Positions 48,775 through 58,525 of a stretch of 64,000 nt of DNA are shown here, piece by piece. The first letter of the stretch is position 1, and the number at the start of each line of letters is the position of its first letter. A program made the position numbers and the translations under genes. The notes under the pieces are model-generated. The model saw nothing but the letters and a program-made list of their open reading frames with translations. It had not been told where the DNA came from and did not search any database. Origin of the DNA: Candidatus Bathyarchaeia archaeon (GTDB lineage Archaea; Thermoproteota; Bathyarchaeia; 40CM-2-53-6); NCBI GenBank assembly GCA_049517415.1, contig JBEKSC010000006.1, positions 1-64,000 on the forward strand. The letters run 5' to 3'.

Positions 48775-51135
48775 CTAACTCTTCTTCTCTGCGCATTGCT
48801 TTCTTGCAGCGTCTAGAACGACTCTCTGTTCGACTTGGGCAACCATCCTTCGTGTGTGGACTATGACGTCTGGGTTCACGGAGATGCTATCTATACCTGA
48901 TTCAACAAGAAACTTCGCGAATTCAGGATAGACGCTCGGCGCTTGGCCGCAGATGCTTACGGTCTTACCGTAGCTGTGAGCTGTGTCGATGAGTTCTTTG
49001 ATTGCTCGTTTAACAGCGAGGTTTCTTTCGTCAAATAATGGCGCCAAGACTTCATTGTCCCTGTCGGCGCCGAGTATCAGCATTGTTAGGTCATTGCTGC
49101 CGATTGAGAAACCGTCCGCACCAGCCTTGCAGAACTCATCAGCCAATATTATGTTGCTGGGAATTTCTGCCATAATCCAGAGTTTGAAATCCTCTGACTG
49201 CACCAACCCTTCCTGTCGGAGGAGCTCACGGATTTTCACAAATTCGTTCACCGTGCGGTTGAAGGGGATCATGCACCAAAGGTTTGTCATACCCATCTCG
49301 TTTCTGACTTTCTTGACCGCAGCAATCTCAAGCTTGAATGCTGGCTCGAACCTCGGGTCAGTGTACCGGCTCGCGCCTCTCCAACCGATCAGCGGGTTAG
49401 CTTCTTTGATGGCACCCTCATATTTTTCTCCGCCTTCGAGTGTTGCGTATTCGTTCGTTTTGAAGTCGCTGAAGCGCAAAACTACCGGTCTCGGGTAGAA
49501 TGCCCTACAGATCGTTTCAAGTCCTGTTGACAACTTGTCAACGAATTCTTCAGGGTGCTTTTGTTCAATAAGCATCATAGGATGCTTCTTGACATGATCG
49601 CTTACGATGAATTCCATCCGTAGTAGGCCCACGCCGTCGACTGGTAACTGTGCGATTCTGTTGGCTAACTCTGGTTCACCAAGGTTGACGAAGATCTTTG
49701 TTCCGGTAACAGTTGGGTCCTTGAAAGCCGCCAATCCATCTGCTGCCGGTTGAGGTTTCGTTTCGAGCTCCGGGCTTTCTAGCACTATTCCCTCGTACAC
49801 GAGACCCATCTTTGCGTCAACTGTCACCTCTTCCCCGGTATGTATCGTGTGAGTTCCAATTTTGGTTCCCGTTATGCAGGGGATTCCTAATTCGCGGCTC
49901 ACAATGGCGGCATGGCATGTCATACCGCCGGCATCGGTGACGATTGCCTTTGACTTCTTCATTGTCGGCACCCAGTCGGGTGTGGTCATTTCTGTGACGA
50001 GGACTTCACCGTTCTGAAAGTCGCTTACGTGATCTACTGTTAGGATAACGTGTGCCTTACCCGCTCCGCGCCCAGGCGATGATGGAAGCCCCTTAAGGAT
50101 AATTTTCTTCTCCGCCGCAACGAGAGGCGTGGGTTTCTTAATTGGGCTCTTCTTGAGGGACCAAACTGTTTCGGGTCTAGCTTGCAGTATTAGGAGTTTT
50201 CCGGTCTGTGAGTCAAGTCCCCATTCAATGTCCATTACATGGCCGTAGTGTTGTTCAATAGTCAACGCGTATTTGGCTAGTTCAATTACTTCTTCATCTG
50301 TGATTACTTGCCGATCCTTGAGATCGTCTGGAACCTTCTTCTCCTCTGTTCCCCCGATCTTATTTCTCACAAGCATGATAGTTTTCGTGGGTATTTCCTT
50401 TCGGATGATTTTCAAGCTCCCCTTATCTACGTAGTAGTCGTCAGGAGTGACAGTGCCCTTCACGACGTACTCTCCTAACCCATAGGATGCTTCAAGCAGG
50501 ATCAGGGATTCATCGCCATTGGTTGGATCCATGGTGAACATAACGCCGCTGGATTCGGAGTAACACATCATTTGCACTATTGCAGAAAGTGCGACGTCCG
50601 CGTGTTCGAAGCCTTTCTGAACTCTGTAGAAGATCGCGCGGTCTGTGAACAGACTCGCATAGCATTCCTTGACGCTCTTAATCACGTTGCCTACTCCAGT
50701 AACGTTAAGGTAGCTCTCCTGTTGACCTGCGAAGCTCGCGTCGGGCAGGTCTTCAGCAGTTGCAGAGCTTCTAATGGCGACGAACGGGTTCTTGACTTTC
50801 TCTCGTTCGGCGAGTTTCTCATAGCCGTCGACTATGACTTGTTCAAGTTCCTTCGGCATCGTTGCGGAACCAATCATCCCCCTAATTTCAGCACCAACCT
50901 TCTGAAGTGTGATCGTGTCGTTTGGGTCCTTCAAAACCTTCAGGGAAGTAGCGATCTTAGATTCCAGCCCATTCTTCGCTAGGAACAACCTGTACGCATC
51001 AGCAGTAAGGGCGAAGCCGTAAGGTATCGGAACCTTCGTCTTGGAAGTCATTTCGCCCAGGCTTGCAGATTTACCGCCTACGAGTGGAACATCTTGCTTA
51101 CTGATTTGTTCGAACCAAAGTAGAAGGGGACCCAT
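48775..51135 (-). CDS. ppsA: Phosphoenolpyruvate synthase
   Basis: VGGKSASLGE, RSSATAED, GGMTCHAAIVSRE, DFKTNEY, SIGSNDL. Confidence 0.95.
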   Translation of the reverse strand: MGPLLLWFEQISKQDVPLVGGKSASLGEMTSKTKVPIPYGFALTADAYRLFLAKNGLESKIATSLKVLKDPNDTITLQKVGAEIRGMIGSATMPKELEQVIVDGYEKLAEREKVKNPFVAIRSSATAEDLPDASFAGQQESYLNVTGVGNVIKSVKECYASLFTDRAIFYRVQKGFEHADVALSAIVQMMCYSESSGVMFTMDPTNGDESLILLEASYGLGEYVVKGTVTPDDYYVDKGSLKIIRKEIPTKTIMLVRNKIGGTEEKKVPDDLKDRQVITDEEVIELAKYALTIEQHYGHVMDIEWGLDSQTGKLLILQARPETVWSLKKSPIKKPTPLVAAEKKIILKGLPSSPGRGAGKAHVILTVDHVSDFQNGEVLVTEMTTPDWVPTMKKSKAIVTDAGGMTCHAAIVSRELGIPCITGTKIGTHTIHTGEEVTVDAKMGLVYEGIVLESPELETKPQPAADGLAAFKDPTVTGTKIFVNLGEPELANRIAQLPVDGVGLLRMEFIVSDHVKKHPMMLIEQKHPEEFVDKLSTGLETICRAFYPRPVVLRFSDFKTNEYATLEGGEKYEGAIKEANPLIGWRGASRYTDPRFEPAFKLEIAAVKKVRNEMGMTNLWCMIPFNRTVNEFVKIRELLRQEGLVQSEDFKLWIMAEIPSNIILADEFCKAGADGFSIGSNDLTMLILGADRDNEVLAPLFDERNLAVKRAIKELIDTAHSYGKTVSICGQAPSVYPEFAKFLVESGIDSISVNPDVIVHTRRMVAQVEQRVVLDAARKQCAEKKS

Positions 51136-51320
51136 GTTTCAATTCCTCTCTCAGTTTCTTTGAAACGTAACACTTCTGGGCGGAAACCTTCAGAATAAGT
51201 AATATCTACGTAGGGTAATTACGAGAATTTAGATTGATAGGCGGCCTTTAAATCGAACACGATTACCAAAGCCTATCGCCACTTCTGCGAGATGCGCACT
51301 AGAGCTCAGTATAGCAGTTC

Positions 51321-53990
51321 TTGAGGAGAAACGGTTTGTACGTTTACTTGTTCGAAGAAGGCAGCACGAAGCTCCGGAACCTCCTTGGCGGCAAGGGGGC
51401 AGATTTAGCAGAGATGACAGGCCTCGGCCTCCCTGTCCCACCTGGCATGACCGTAACAACCGAGGCATGCAACTACTACAATTCTCACGGGTCAGAGTTC
51501 CCAGATGGGCTTGAAGACGAAATCCGCGTGAAAATGAAAACCATTGAATCGAGAACCCAAAGAACCTTCGGAGACGCTGCAAATCCGCTGCTGGTTTCCG
51601 TTCGGTCCGGTGCACCAATCTCAATGCCGGGAATGATGGATACGGTACTTAACCTTGGTCTGAACGACAAAACAGTGAACGGGCTCATCCGACAGACGAG
51701 TAACGAACGATTTGCGTACGACGCCTACAGACGTTTCGTTCAGATGTTCGGCAAAGTAGTACTCGGAGTTAGGGGCGACGCTTTCGAATCAATCATTCGA
51801 CAAAGCAAAGAAAGGTTGGGTTTGAAATCTGATGTTGAAGTCGACGCGAAGACCTGGGCGACACTAGTTCAAGAATTCAAAGGTCTTATCGAAAAGGAGA
51901 CGGGACAGGCCTATCCCGAGGACCCCAGGATCCAGCTGCAGATGGCAGTTGCGGCAGTCTTCCGATCATGGAATGGGCAACGGGCGGTCTTCTACCGTCT
52001 GACCAACAAGATTCCTGAAACGCTTGGGACGGCGGTCAATGTTCAGTCCATGGTCTTCGGAAACATGGGCACTGATTCAGGGACCGGCGTTTGTTTCACG
52101 AGAAACCCTTCATCGGGTGAACCAAAGCTATTTGGCGAGTTTCTCTTGAACGCGCAGGGCGAAGACGTCGTTGCCGGAATCAGAACGCCTAAACCAATAG
52201 CCCAACTAGCCGATGAAATGCCCACCGTCTACAGCCAATTGCTCGATGTGTGCAAACTCCTGGAACACCATTTCAGGGAAATGCAAGATATCGAATTCAC
52301 AGTTGAAAGAGGAAGGCTATTCATCCTTCAAACCCGCTCAGGGAAGCGAACCGCCACTGCCGCCGTCCGAATCGCTGCCGATATGGTCAAGGAAGAGCTG
52401 CTTACGAAGCAACAGGCACTGCTTCGGATTCTGCCCTCGCATCTCGAACAACTTGTCCACAAGCAGATTGATCCAAGCTTCAATGCCAAACCGATAGCTA
52501 CTGGCTTACCAGCGTCGCCTGGTGCTGCAACTGGGAAAGTGATTTTCGATACTGACGAAGCTTACTCTTTGGGCTCCAACGGAGAGGACGTCATACTCGT
52601 TAGGGAGGAGACTACACCGGAGGACATTCACGGTATGGTTGCCGCTAAGGGAGTGCTCACGAGCAGGGGAGGGATGACATCTCATGCCGCGGTTGTGGCC
52701 CGAGGGATGGGAAAGCCCGCCGTCGTTGGTTGCGAACAGATAAGCATTGATCTGGCCACTGATTCCTTGCAGACGCGCAGGGTTACGGTAAACAAGAATG
52801 ACATAATCACAATCGATGGGACCACTGGTAATGTGCTACTCGGCGTTGTGCCCACAATTGAACCGAAGCTAAGTGATGAAGCCCAGCAATTGTTAACCTG
52901 GGCTGATGAGACTAGAAAGCTCGGAGTCAGGGGGAACGCTGACACTCCAGAAGGGGCTATCGTGGCTAGGCAGTTTGGGGCTGGCGGGATTGGCCTTTGT
53001 CGAACCGAACGAATGTTCAACGCACAGGACCGGCTTCCCATTGTCCAAGAGATGATCCTCTCGACAACCGAAGAGGAGCGGTTTCGCGCTCTGGAGAAGT
53101 TGAGGCCTCTACAGAAGGAGGATTTCAAACAAATACTGCGCAATATGCATGACCTACCAGTTACGATCCGATTATTGGATCTTCCACTCCACGAGTTTCT
53201 ACCCAAATACGAAGAATTGACAGCCGAAGTTGCCTCGCTGAAGGCGACAGGCGCCGACGCGGATTTGCTGGATTCGAAGGAACGAATGCTCAGGAAAGTC
53301 ATGACATTGGCTGAACATAATCCAATGCTAGGCCATAGGGGCTGCAGACTTGCGATAAGCCACCCTGAAATTTACGAAATGCAAACTCGCTCTATCTTCG
53401 AAGCCGCAGGCGAATTGCAACGCGAAGGAGTTAGAGTTCGGGTGGAGATCATGCTCCCCCTTGTTGGAGCTGCCAATGAGATTCGATTCCTGCGCGAAAA
53501 GATAACCTCCGTGGCCTCTAAGGTGATGGAGGAGAAGCGCATCAATATCGATTACAAGATAGGGACTATGATAGAAGTTCCTAGAGCTGCATTGACGGCG
53601 GACGAAATAGCCCGCTATGCTGATTTCTTCTCCTTCGGGACAAACGATCTCACGCAGGCGACATTTGCATTCAGCAGGGATGATGCGGAAGCGAAGTTCT
53701 TCAAGGACTATTTCGACAAGAAGATCCTGAACTCCAACCCATTCGAGGTTCTTGACAGAGAAGGCGTTGGTAGGTTAATGCGCCTGGCTGTGGAGGCGGG
53801 TAGGAAGAGCAATCCTCAGCTAAAGGTTGGCATTTGTGGTGAACACGGCGGGGAGCCAAGCTCAGTTGAATTCTGCCATCAACTGAACCTCGATTATGTT
53901 AGTTGTTCCCCATACAGAGTCCCCGTTGCACGCCTCGTCGCAGCCCAAGCAGAAGTCAAGGAGAGAATGATTTCAATCAGCGAAAACTGA
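51321..53990 (+). CDS. ppdK: Pyruvate, phosphate dikinase
   Basis: LGGKGA, SVRSGA-x-ISMPGMMDT, GGMTSHAAVVAR, GTNDLTQ, CGEHGG. Confidence 0.96.
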   Translation: MRRNGLYVYLFEEGSTKLRNLLGGKGADLAEMTGLGLPVPPGMTVTTEACNYYNSHGSEFPDGLEDEIRVKMKTIESRTQRTFGDAANPLLVSVRSGAPISMPGMMDTVLNLGLNDKTVNGLIRQTSNERFAYDAYRRFVQMFGKVVLGVRGDAFESIIRQSKERLGLKSDVEVDAKTWATLVQEFKGLIEKETGQAYPEDPRIQLQMAVAAVFRSWNGQRAVFYRLTNKIPETLGTAVNVQSMVFGNMGTDSGTGVCFTRNPSSGEPKLFGEFLLNAQGEDVVAGIRTPKPIAQLADEMPTVYSQLLDVCKLLEHHFREMQDIEFTVERGRLFILQTRSGKRTATAAVRIAADMVKEELLTKQQALLRILPSHLEQLVHKQIDPSFNAKPIATGLPASPGAATGKVIFDTDEAYSLGSNGEDVILVREETTPEDIHGMVAAKGVLTSRGGMTSHAAVVARGMGKPAVVGCEQISIDLATDSLQTRRVTVNKNDIITIDGTTGNVLLGVVPTIEPKLSDEAQQLLTWADETRKLGVRGNADTPEGAIVARQFGAGGIGLCRTERMFNAQDRLPIVQEMILSTTEEERFRALEKLRPLQKEDFKQILRNMHDLPVTIRLLDLPLHEFLPKYEELTAEVASLKATGADADLLDSKERMLRKVMTLAEHNPMLGHRGCRLAISHPEIYEMQTRSIFEAAGELQREGVRVRVEIMLPLVGAANEIRFLREKITSVASKVMEEKRINIDYKIGTMIEVPRAALTADEIARYADFFSFGTNDLTQATFAFSRDDAEAKFFKDYFDKKILNSNPFEVLDREGVGRLMRLAVEAGRKSNPQLKVGICGEHGGEPSSVEFCHQLNLDYVSCSPYRVPVARLVAAQAEVKERMISISEN

Positions 53991-54057
53991 TTACGCTCAT
54001 CAAAAGTGATCTGTTCAGTATCACCACACCATAAGTTGCGATTTCAGGTAAGGATCA

Positions 54058-55779
54058 TTGTCTGAGAGCCGACCAGTCGTCATGGGTACACGTGGTGCCA
54101 TTACCACTTCAAACTATATGGCAACATCGGCCGGATTTGAAATCCTTCTGGCCGGGGGAAACGCAATCGATGCTTCCATTGCTGCAGGATTGGCGCTGCA
54201 TGTTGTCGAACCACATATGAATGGAATCGGCGGCGAAACCCCAATACTTCTGTACTCTGCTAGAAAGCGTAGAATCTTTGCCATATCAGGGCAAGGGCCT
54301 GCCCCAAAGGCAGCGACTCTCGAATTCTTCGAAGGAAACGGAATCAGGTTAATTCCAGGCGACGGTCTTCTTCCCGCAACGGTCCCCGCGTCCTTTGACG
54401 CATGGATTACTTGCCTTAGGTTTTTTGGAACGATGACTCTCAGGGAAGTGATTGCCCCCGCCATTAGACTGGCCGAGGAAGGTTTTCCGGTGTATGCCGC
54501 GCTTCATGAGATTGTGACGCGACATGCCAAGCGTTTTCTCAGCGAATGGCCTACAACTGCAAGAATCTATCTTCCGCGAGGCAGAATTCCTCGAATTGGC
54601 GAGGTTCTGAGGCAAAATGAACTGGCGAAGACTCTTCGCAGCCTAGCGGAGGCGGAGCGCCGCGCTGGGAAGAACAGGGAGAAGGGGCTCGAAGCAGCGA
54701 GGCACTATTTCTACGAAGGGCCTATAGCGCGAGAGATCGCGCAGTTCGCGGCAAAACGATCATTCAAGGATGCAACCGGAAAATATCACAACGGGTTAAT
54801 CACCGCGGAAGATCTCGCCGACTACAAAACGAGAATAGAGAAAACTGTCAACATAGACTACAAAGGTGTAACCGTTCATAAATGCGGACCTTGGAGCCAA
54901 GGACCCGTTCTCCTCCAACAGTTACGATTGCTTGAAGACTACGATCTAAGACGACTTCGACACAACTCAGCCGACTATATTCATCTAATCACGGAAGCAT
55001 CAAAGCTTGCTTTCGCGGACCGGGAAGCTTTCTACGGTGACCCGCTTTACACCGACGTTCCTCTCACAAGACTACTTTCGCGGGACTACTCTAGGAAGAG
55101 AAAGGAGCTTATCGACATGAGAAAGGCGTCACTAACACTCCGGACAGGCAGCGGATCTCACATCCCAGTGTCAGAAGGTACTCGGCTCTATACTGGTGAC
55201 ACGACCCACCTTGATGCCGTCGACTCAGATGGTAACATGGTTTCTGCAACCCCTAGCGGCGGGTGGATTACGAGTTCTCCCGTAATCGAGGGTCTGGGGT
55301 TTCCTCTGGGAACACGAGGCCAAATGTTCTCATTAGACGCTGCACACCCGAATTGTCTGGCGCCAGGGAAACGCCCGCGAACAACGTTAACTCCAAGCCT
55401 CATCAGTTCGAAAAGACGACCTGTTCTGGCCTTTGGGACGCCTGGCGGAGACCAACAAGACCAGTGGGCACTTCAATTCTTTCTCAATTTCATGGAGTTC
55501 GGCATGGATCTCCAGGCAGCGATCGATGCTCCATCGTTCCATAATCAGCATTTTCCAAGCTCCTTCTATCCTAGGAAGGCCGAGCTTGGCAGCCTGTACG
55601 TGGAAGGGCGAATACCCAGAGGAATCGTGAACGAATTGAGGAGTAGAGGTCATAACGTGATTGTCCAAGGTGATTGGGTGAACGGCCGTATGACAGCAGC
55701 ACATTATGATTGGGAGAATAATGTAGTGAGTGCCGCCGCCTCGTCGCGATATCAGATAGCCTACGCATTAGCACATTAA
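54058..55779 (+). CDS. Gamma-glutamyltransferase-family protein
   Basis: GGNAIDA, GDTTHL, PGKRPRTTL, GTPGGD. Confidence 0.9.
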   Translation: MSESRPVVMGTRGAITTSNYMATSAGFEILLAGGNAIDASIAAGLALHVVEPHMNGIGGETPILLYSARKRRIFAISGQGPAPKAATLEFFEGNGIRLIPGDGLLPATVPASFDAWITCLRFFGTMTLREVIAPAIRLAEEGFPVYAALHEIVTRHAKRFLSEWPTTARIYLPRGRIPRIGEVLRQNELAKTLRSLAEAERRAGKNREKGLEAARHYFYEGPIAREIAQFAAKRSFKDATGKYHNGLITAEDLADYKTRIEKTVNIDYKGVTVHKCGPWSQGPVLLQQLRLLEDYDLRRLRHNSADYIHLITEASKLAFADREAFYGDPLYTDVPLTRLLSRDYSRKRKELIDMRKASLTLRTGSGSHIPVSEGTRLYTGDTTHLDAVDSDGNMVSATPSGGWITSSPVIEGLGFPLGTRGQMFSLDAAHPNCLAPGKRPRTTLTPSLISSKRRPVLAFGTPGGDQQDQWALQFFLNFMEFGMDLQAAIDAPSFHNQHFPSSFYPRKAELGSLYVEGRIPRGIVNELRSRGHNVIVQGDWVNGRMTAAHYDWENNVVSAAASSRYQIAYALAH

Positions 55780-55845
55780 TGCGAGTGACTCTCGAAGCGC
55801 CATTGAAGATAAGCACACACTGGTAGGATACCTATACAATTGTAC

Positions 55846-55878
55846 TGGTGGGCCGGGAGAGATTTGAACTCTCGAGCA
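55846..55878 (-). other. Orphan tRNA 3' fragment (variable loop, T-arm, acceptor 3' strand, ACCA); att-like
   Basis: Minus strand TGCTC-GAGAG-TTCAAAT-CTCTC-CCGGCCC-ACCA; 26/33 identical to the tRNA-Val(GAC) 3' end; no 5' half nearby. Confidence 0.8.
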
Positions 55879-55951
55879 GTCTTGAGTACTTTCATTCATC
55901 TCTGGTTCTTCTTGCTTTCAAGAAACTCTCTATATTCGGAAGAGTGGGCCA

Positions 55952-56725
55952 TTGATTCCGGAAGGAACGAAAATCGATATCATAACAAGAGTCCAGTCAG
56001 GTCAGTCGATTCGTCACGTTGCACAAGATCTTGGCATTCCACTTTCAACTGCTTACCATCACGGCCGGAGTTTCTGTAATCATCAATCGCGAATCGAGAT
56101 GAACATGCTGAGGCAAGGCCAGCTGGGTTACTTGCTAGGGATGTTCGTAGGAGACGGGAGTCTCATTCGGGATAAGCCTCGAGGGGAGTTCCTTGTCAAG
56201 ATTGCTTTGAACAGGAGAAGAGATTTGGACATTGTTCAATTCGTTACGCTAATGTTTGAAAAAGCAGGTAAGAAAGTCAACTTTCTAACTGAGCGAGGCA
56301 TGATCATAATTAGAGTCTGGTCTAAGATTTTCTATGAATTCATCGAAGATTACGTTAAGCTCGAAAGAAACCATCTATCCCATCATCACACGAAAATTCT
56401 CTTGCGCACCCAGCGATGGACTCGGGAGTTTGCTCTTGGTTTCATTGGCGGCCTAATAGACAGCGATGGCCATGTCGTTAGCAACTGGAAAGGCGGTCAT
56501 TACGGTGCGGTAGTGACTACGAGTAGTAGTTCTCTCAAACGACAACTCTGCAGTCTATGCGACGCTCTTGGTATCAATGTGACCAGCCATGTACAAGCGC
56601 GTGACCCCTTTCAGGGCAAGTCTCTTTATTCAGTGTATATCCGGTCGCCTGATTTGCATGCATTATGTGGAACACTACTTTCCGTAAAACATTCGAGGTT
56701 TCATGGTGGGCCGGGGCGGATTTGA
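55952..56725 (+). CDS. Free-standing double-motif LAGLIDADG endonuclease with N-terminal HTH
   Basis: YLLGMFVGDGS and FIGGLIDSDGH; SIRHVAQDLGIPLSTAY HTH; stop lies inside the antisense tRNA. Confidence 0.88.
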   Translation: MIPEGTKIDIITRVQSGQSIRHVAQDLGIPLSTAYHHGRSFCNHQSRIEMNMLRQGQLGYLLGMFVGDGSLIRDKPRGEFLVKIALNRRRDLDIVQFVTLMFEKAGKKVNFLTERGMIIIRVWSKIFYEFIEDYVKLERNHLSHHHTKILLRTQRWTREFALGFIGGLIDSDGHVVSNWKGGHYGAVVTTSSSSLKRQLCSLCDALGINVTSHVQARDPFQGKSLYSVYIRSPDLHALCGTLLSVKHSRFHGGPGRI

Positions 56726-56798
56726 ACCACCGACCACCTGTTTACAGTTTGTTGTCTCGTGTCAGGCAGGTATCCTAACCAGACTAGACGACCGGCCC
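56704..56798 (-). tRNA. tRNA-Val(GAC) with a 17-nt intron at 56741-56757 (about 39/40); CCA encoded
   Basis: GGGCCGG/CCGGCCC acceptor stem; CCTGC-CTGACAC-G[intron]CAGG; GGTGG-TTCAAAT-CCGCC. Confidence 0.9.
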
Positions 56799-56971
56799 AA
56801 AGTGGCGTTGAATGAAGAGCGCAGAGAAATAAAGACTACCCAATAGGTTGCACCCTTTCCGAGAGTTCCATGAGCCTGAGGTTGGGTCGAAGCGACTTTA
56901 GGGCGCCAACTTCGTTAAGAAATCGGAAGGTCTTTTTGTGAAGAGGAGAAATGTTGTAGGAGCTGGTAGGT

Positions 56972-57325
56972 TTGCCTAGACTTTACGACCAAATAATGCG
57001 TTTTGATAAACAGGTCCGCTTCGCTGCCATTGTGGATGGCCACGGCCGAATCTTGGAAGGGGGCATGCGTGAGGGCGTTGAGCCAATCGAACCCCTCGAA
57101 AAGACACCACACCTAATCGCGATGTTGGTCTCATTTCAGAAAGCTGAAGACCTGGCAGATTTCTTCGGCAGACCCGAGTATTCAATCCTGGTTCATGAGA
57201 AGATAATGGCCCTGCTCTTTCGTTCGGAGAAGAAATTCGTGCTTGTTACGGCCAGCAGGAAATTCAGCCTAAACAAAATTGCAAGGTTACGGAACTTGAT
57301 TATGAAAAGGCGCCAAAAGCGCTGA
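56972..57325 (+). CDS. Roadblock/DUF6659-like small protein
   Basis: VRFAAIVD-x2-GRILEGGMREGV. Confidence 0.7.
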   Translation: MPRLYDQIMRFDKQVRFAAIVDGHGRILEGGMREGVEPIEPLEKTPHLIAMLVSFQKAEDLADFFGRPEYSILVHEKIMALLFRSEKKFVLVTASRKFSLNKIARLRNLIMKRRQKR

Positions 57326-57340
57326 AGACGTTTAATCTGA

Positions 57341-58525
57341 TCAGTCGCTCGAAGGGGCGACTGTTAAGGGCAGAGCTGTTCGAGGTTCCGCTGGTTCCTC
57401 AACTGTGGTCGGCCGACCCTTATCAAAAATCCTACGAATCCATTGTGTCACGTATGTTGATGGTAGCTCCCAGAGCATGACCCTCTTGCTGTGTCGCATC
57501 GAATCATACATGAAACAGATGTGTGTGCAAAAACATTGATCGAGCTCCACCTGACGTACTTCCATCTTCCGTTCCAGTGAACCCCAAAACTCTTTGAAAT
57601 TCATCCCATAACGTCTTAGGTTTCCTATGGGTTTTCGGAGTTCGCAGACCCTTACATCCCCATTGTAATCAATGACTACTGAGGTTTGACCTGCTGTGCA
57701 TGGCATCTTCCACTTTGCGCGCTCAACATAATTCCGATATTGCGTCTCATAGCTGAAAGCGTACCCTGCCTTCCAATACGCCCTCATCAATGGATCCAGC
57801 AATGATTTCTTCCGCGAGGGTTTCGAGAGATATCGGAAATTAATCGGTAATACTTCTCGATAGATGCGTCCGAGCTTCTGTGGTTCTACTACTTGCAGCG
57901 CTGGGTCTTTTGGGTCTCCGCGTATGACTTGGAAGTAGTGCCCATCGAGATCGCTTTTCTCCTGGAAAAAGCGGACCATCATTGCAATTTCATTTTGATT
58001 TTCCTGTGTAATGACCGAATTTATGTAGAGTGTGAAGTTGGGCCAATGAGTTCTCAGAGCTTGAAGTTCAGCGATTGTGGCGAGGGCCTTCTCGAAGTTT
58101 CCTTGGACTCCCCTAATCTTGTCGTGCGTCTCGCCGAGACCATCTATTGAAACGTCGATTTCAAGGTGAAGTTCGGGGCATGTATGCAGAACTTCTTTCA
58201 CGACCTGGACAGTTTGGACGGTGGGGAGCCCATTGGTCGGGATGCGTACATCGCGAATCTTGTTGTTGCGGTAGAATAGTTGTATTATTCCAGCAAGGTC
58301 CTTTCTAAGGAAAGGTTCACCGCCGGATACCCAAAGGTCGTGAAATTCAGGCATCGTTGATGAGAGTTTAGTTAATTCCTCAAATGTGAGGTCGCCCTTG
58401 CGGTTTAGTTCAAGCCAGTAGAAGCATGTTCGGCATCTGGCGTTGCAGATAGAGGTTACAAAGAGGATGACTAGGTCAAGCTGTTTTACGAAGAGGGGTT
58501 TTACGAACGCTTCACGGTGAGGCAA
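57341..58525 (-). CDS. Radical SAM protein with SPASM-like C-terminus
   Basis: CNARCRTC, SGGEP, SIDG, CTAG...GDVRVCE, CFCTHIC. Confidence 0.9.
   Translation of the reverse strand: MPHREAFVKPLFVKQLDLVILFVTSICNARCRTCFYWLELNRKGDLTFEELTKLSSTMPEFHDLWVSGGEPFLRKDLAGIIQLFYRNNKIRDVRIPTNGLPTVQTVQVVKEVLHTCPELHLEIDVSIDGLGETHDKIRGVQGNFEKALATIAELQALRTHWPNFTLYINSVITQENQNEIAMMVRFFQEKSDLDGHYFQVIRGDPKDPALQVVEPQKLGRIYREVLPINFRYLSKPSRKKSLLDPLMRAYWKAGYAFSYETQYRNYVERAKWKMPCTAGQTSVVIDYNGDVRVCELRKPIGNLRRYGMNFKEFWGSLERKMEVRQVELDQCFCTHICFMYDSMRHSKRVMLWELPSTYVTQWIRRIFDKGRPTTVEEPAEPRTALPLTVAPSSD

Noticed and set aside
55846..55950. tmRNA or complete tRNA
   Set aside because: No matching GGGCCGG 5' strand, D-arm or anticodon arm directly upstream; tmRNA is not known in archaea.
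55840..56079. ORF MYWWAGRDLNSR...
   Set aside because: Antisense translation of the tRNA-like fragment; overlaps the endonuclease out of frame.
55952..56725. Intein- or intron-encoded endonuclease
   Set aside because: No intein splice residues or host protein; it lies outside the tRNA intron and on the opposite strand.
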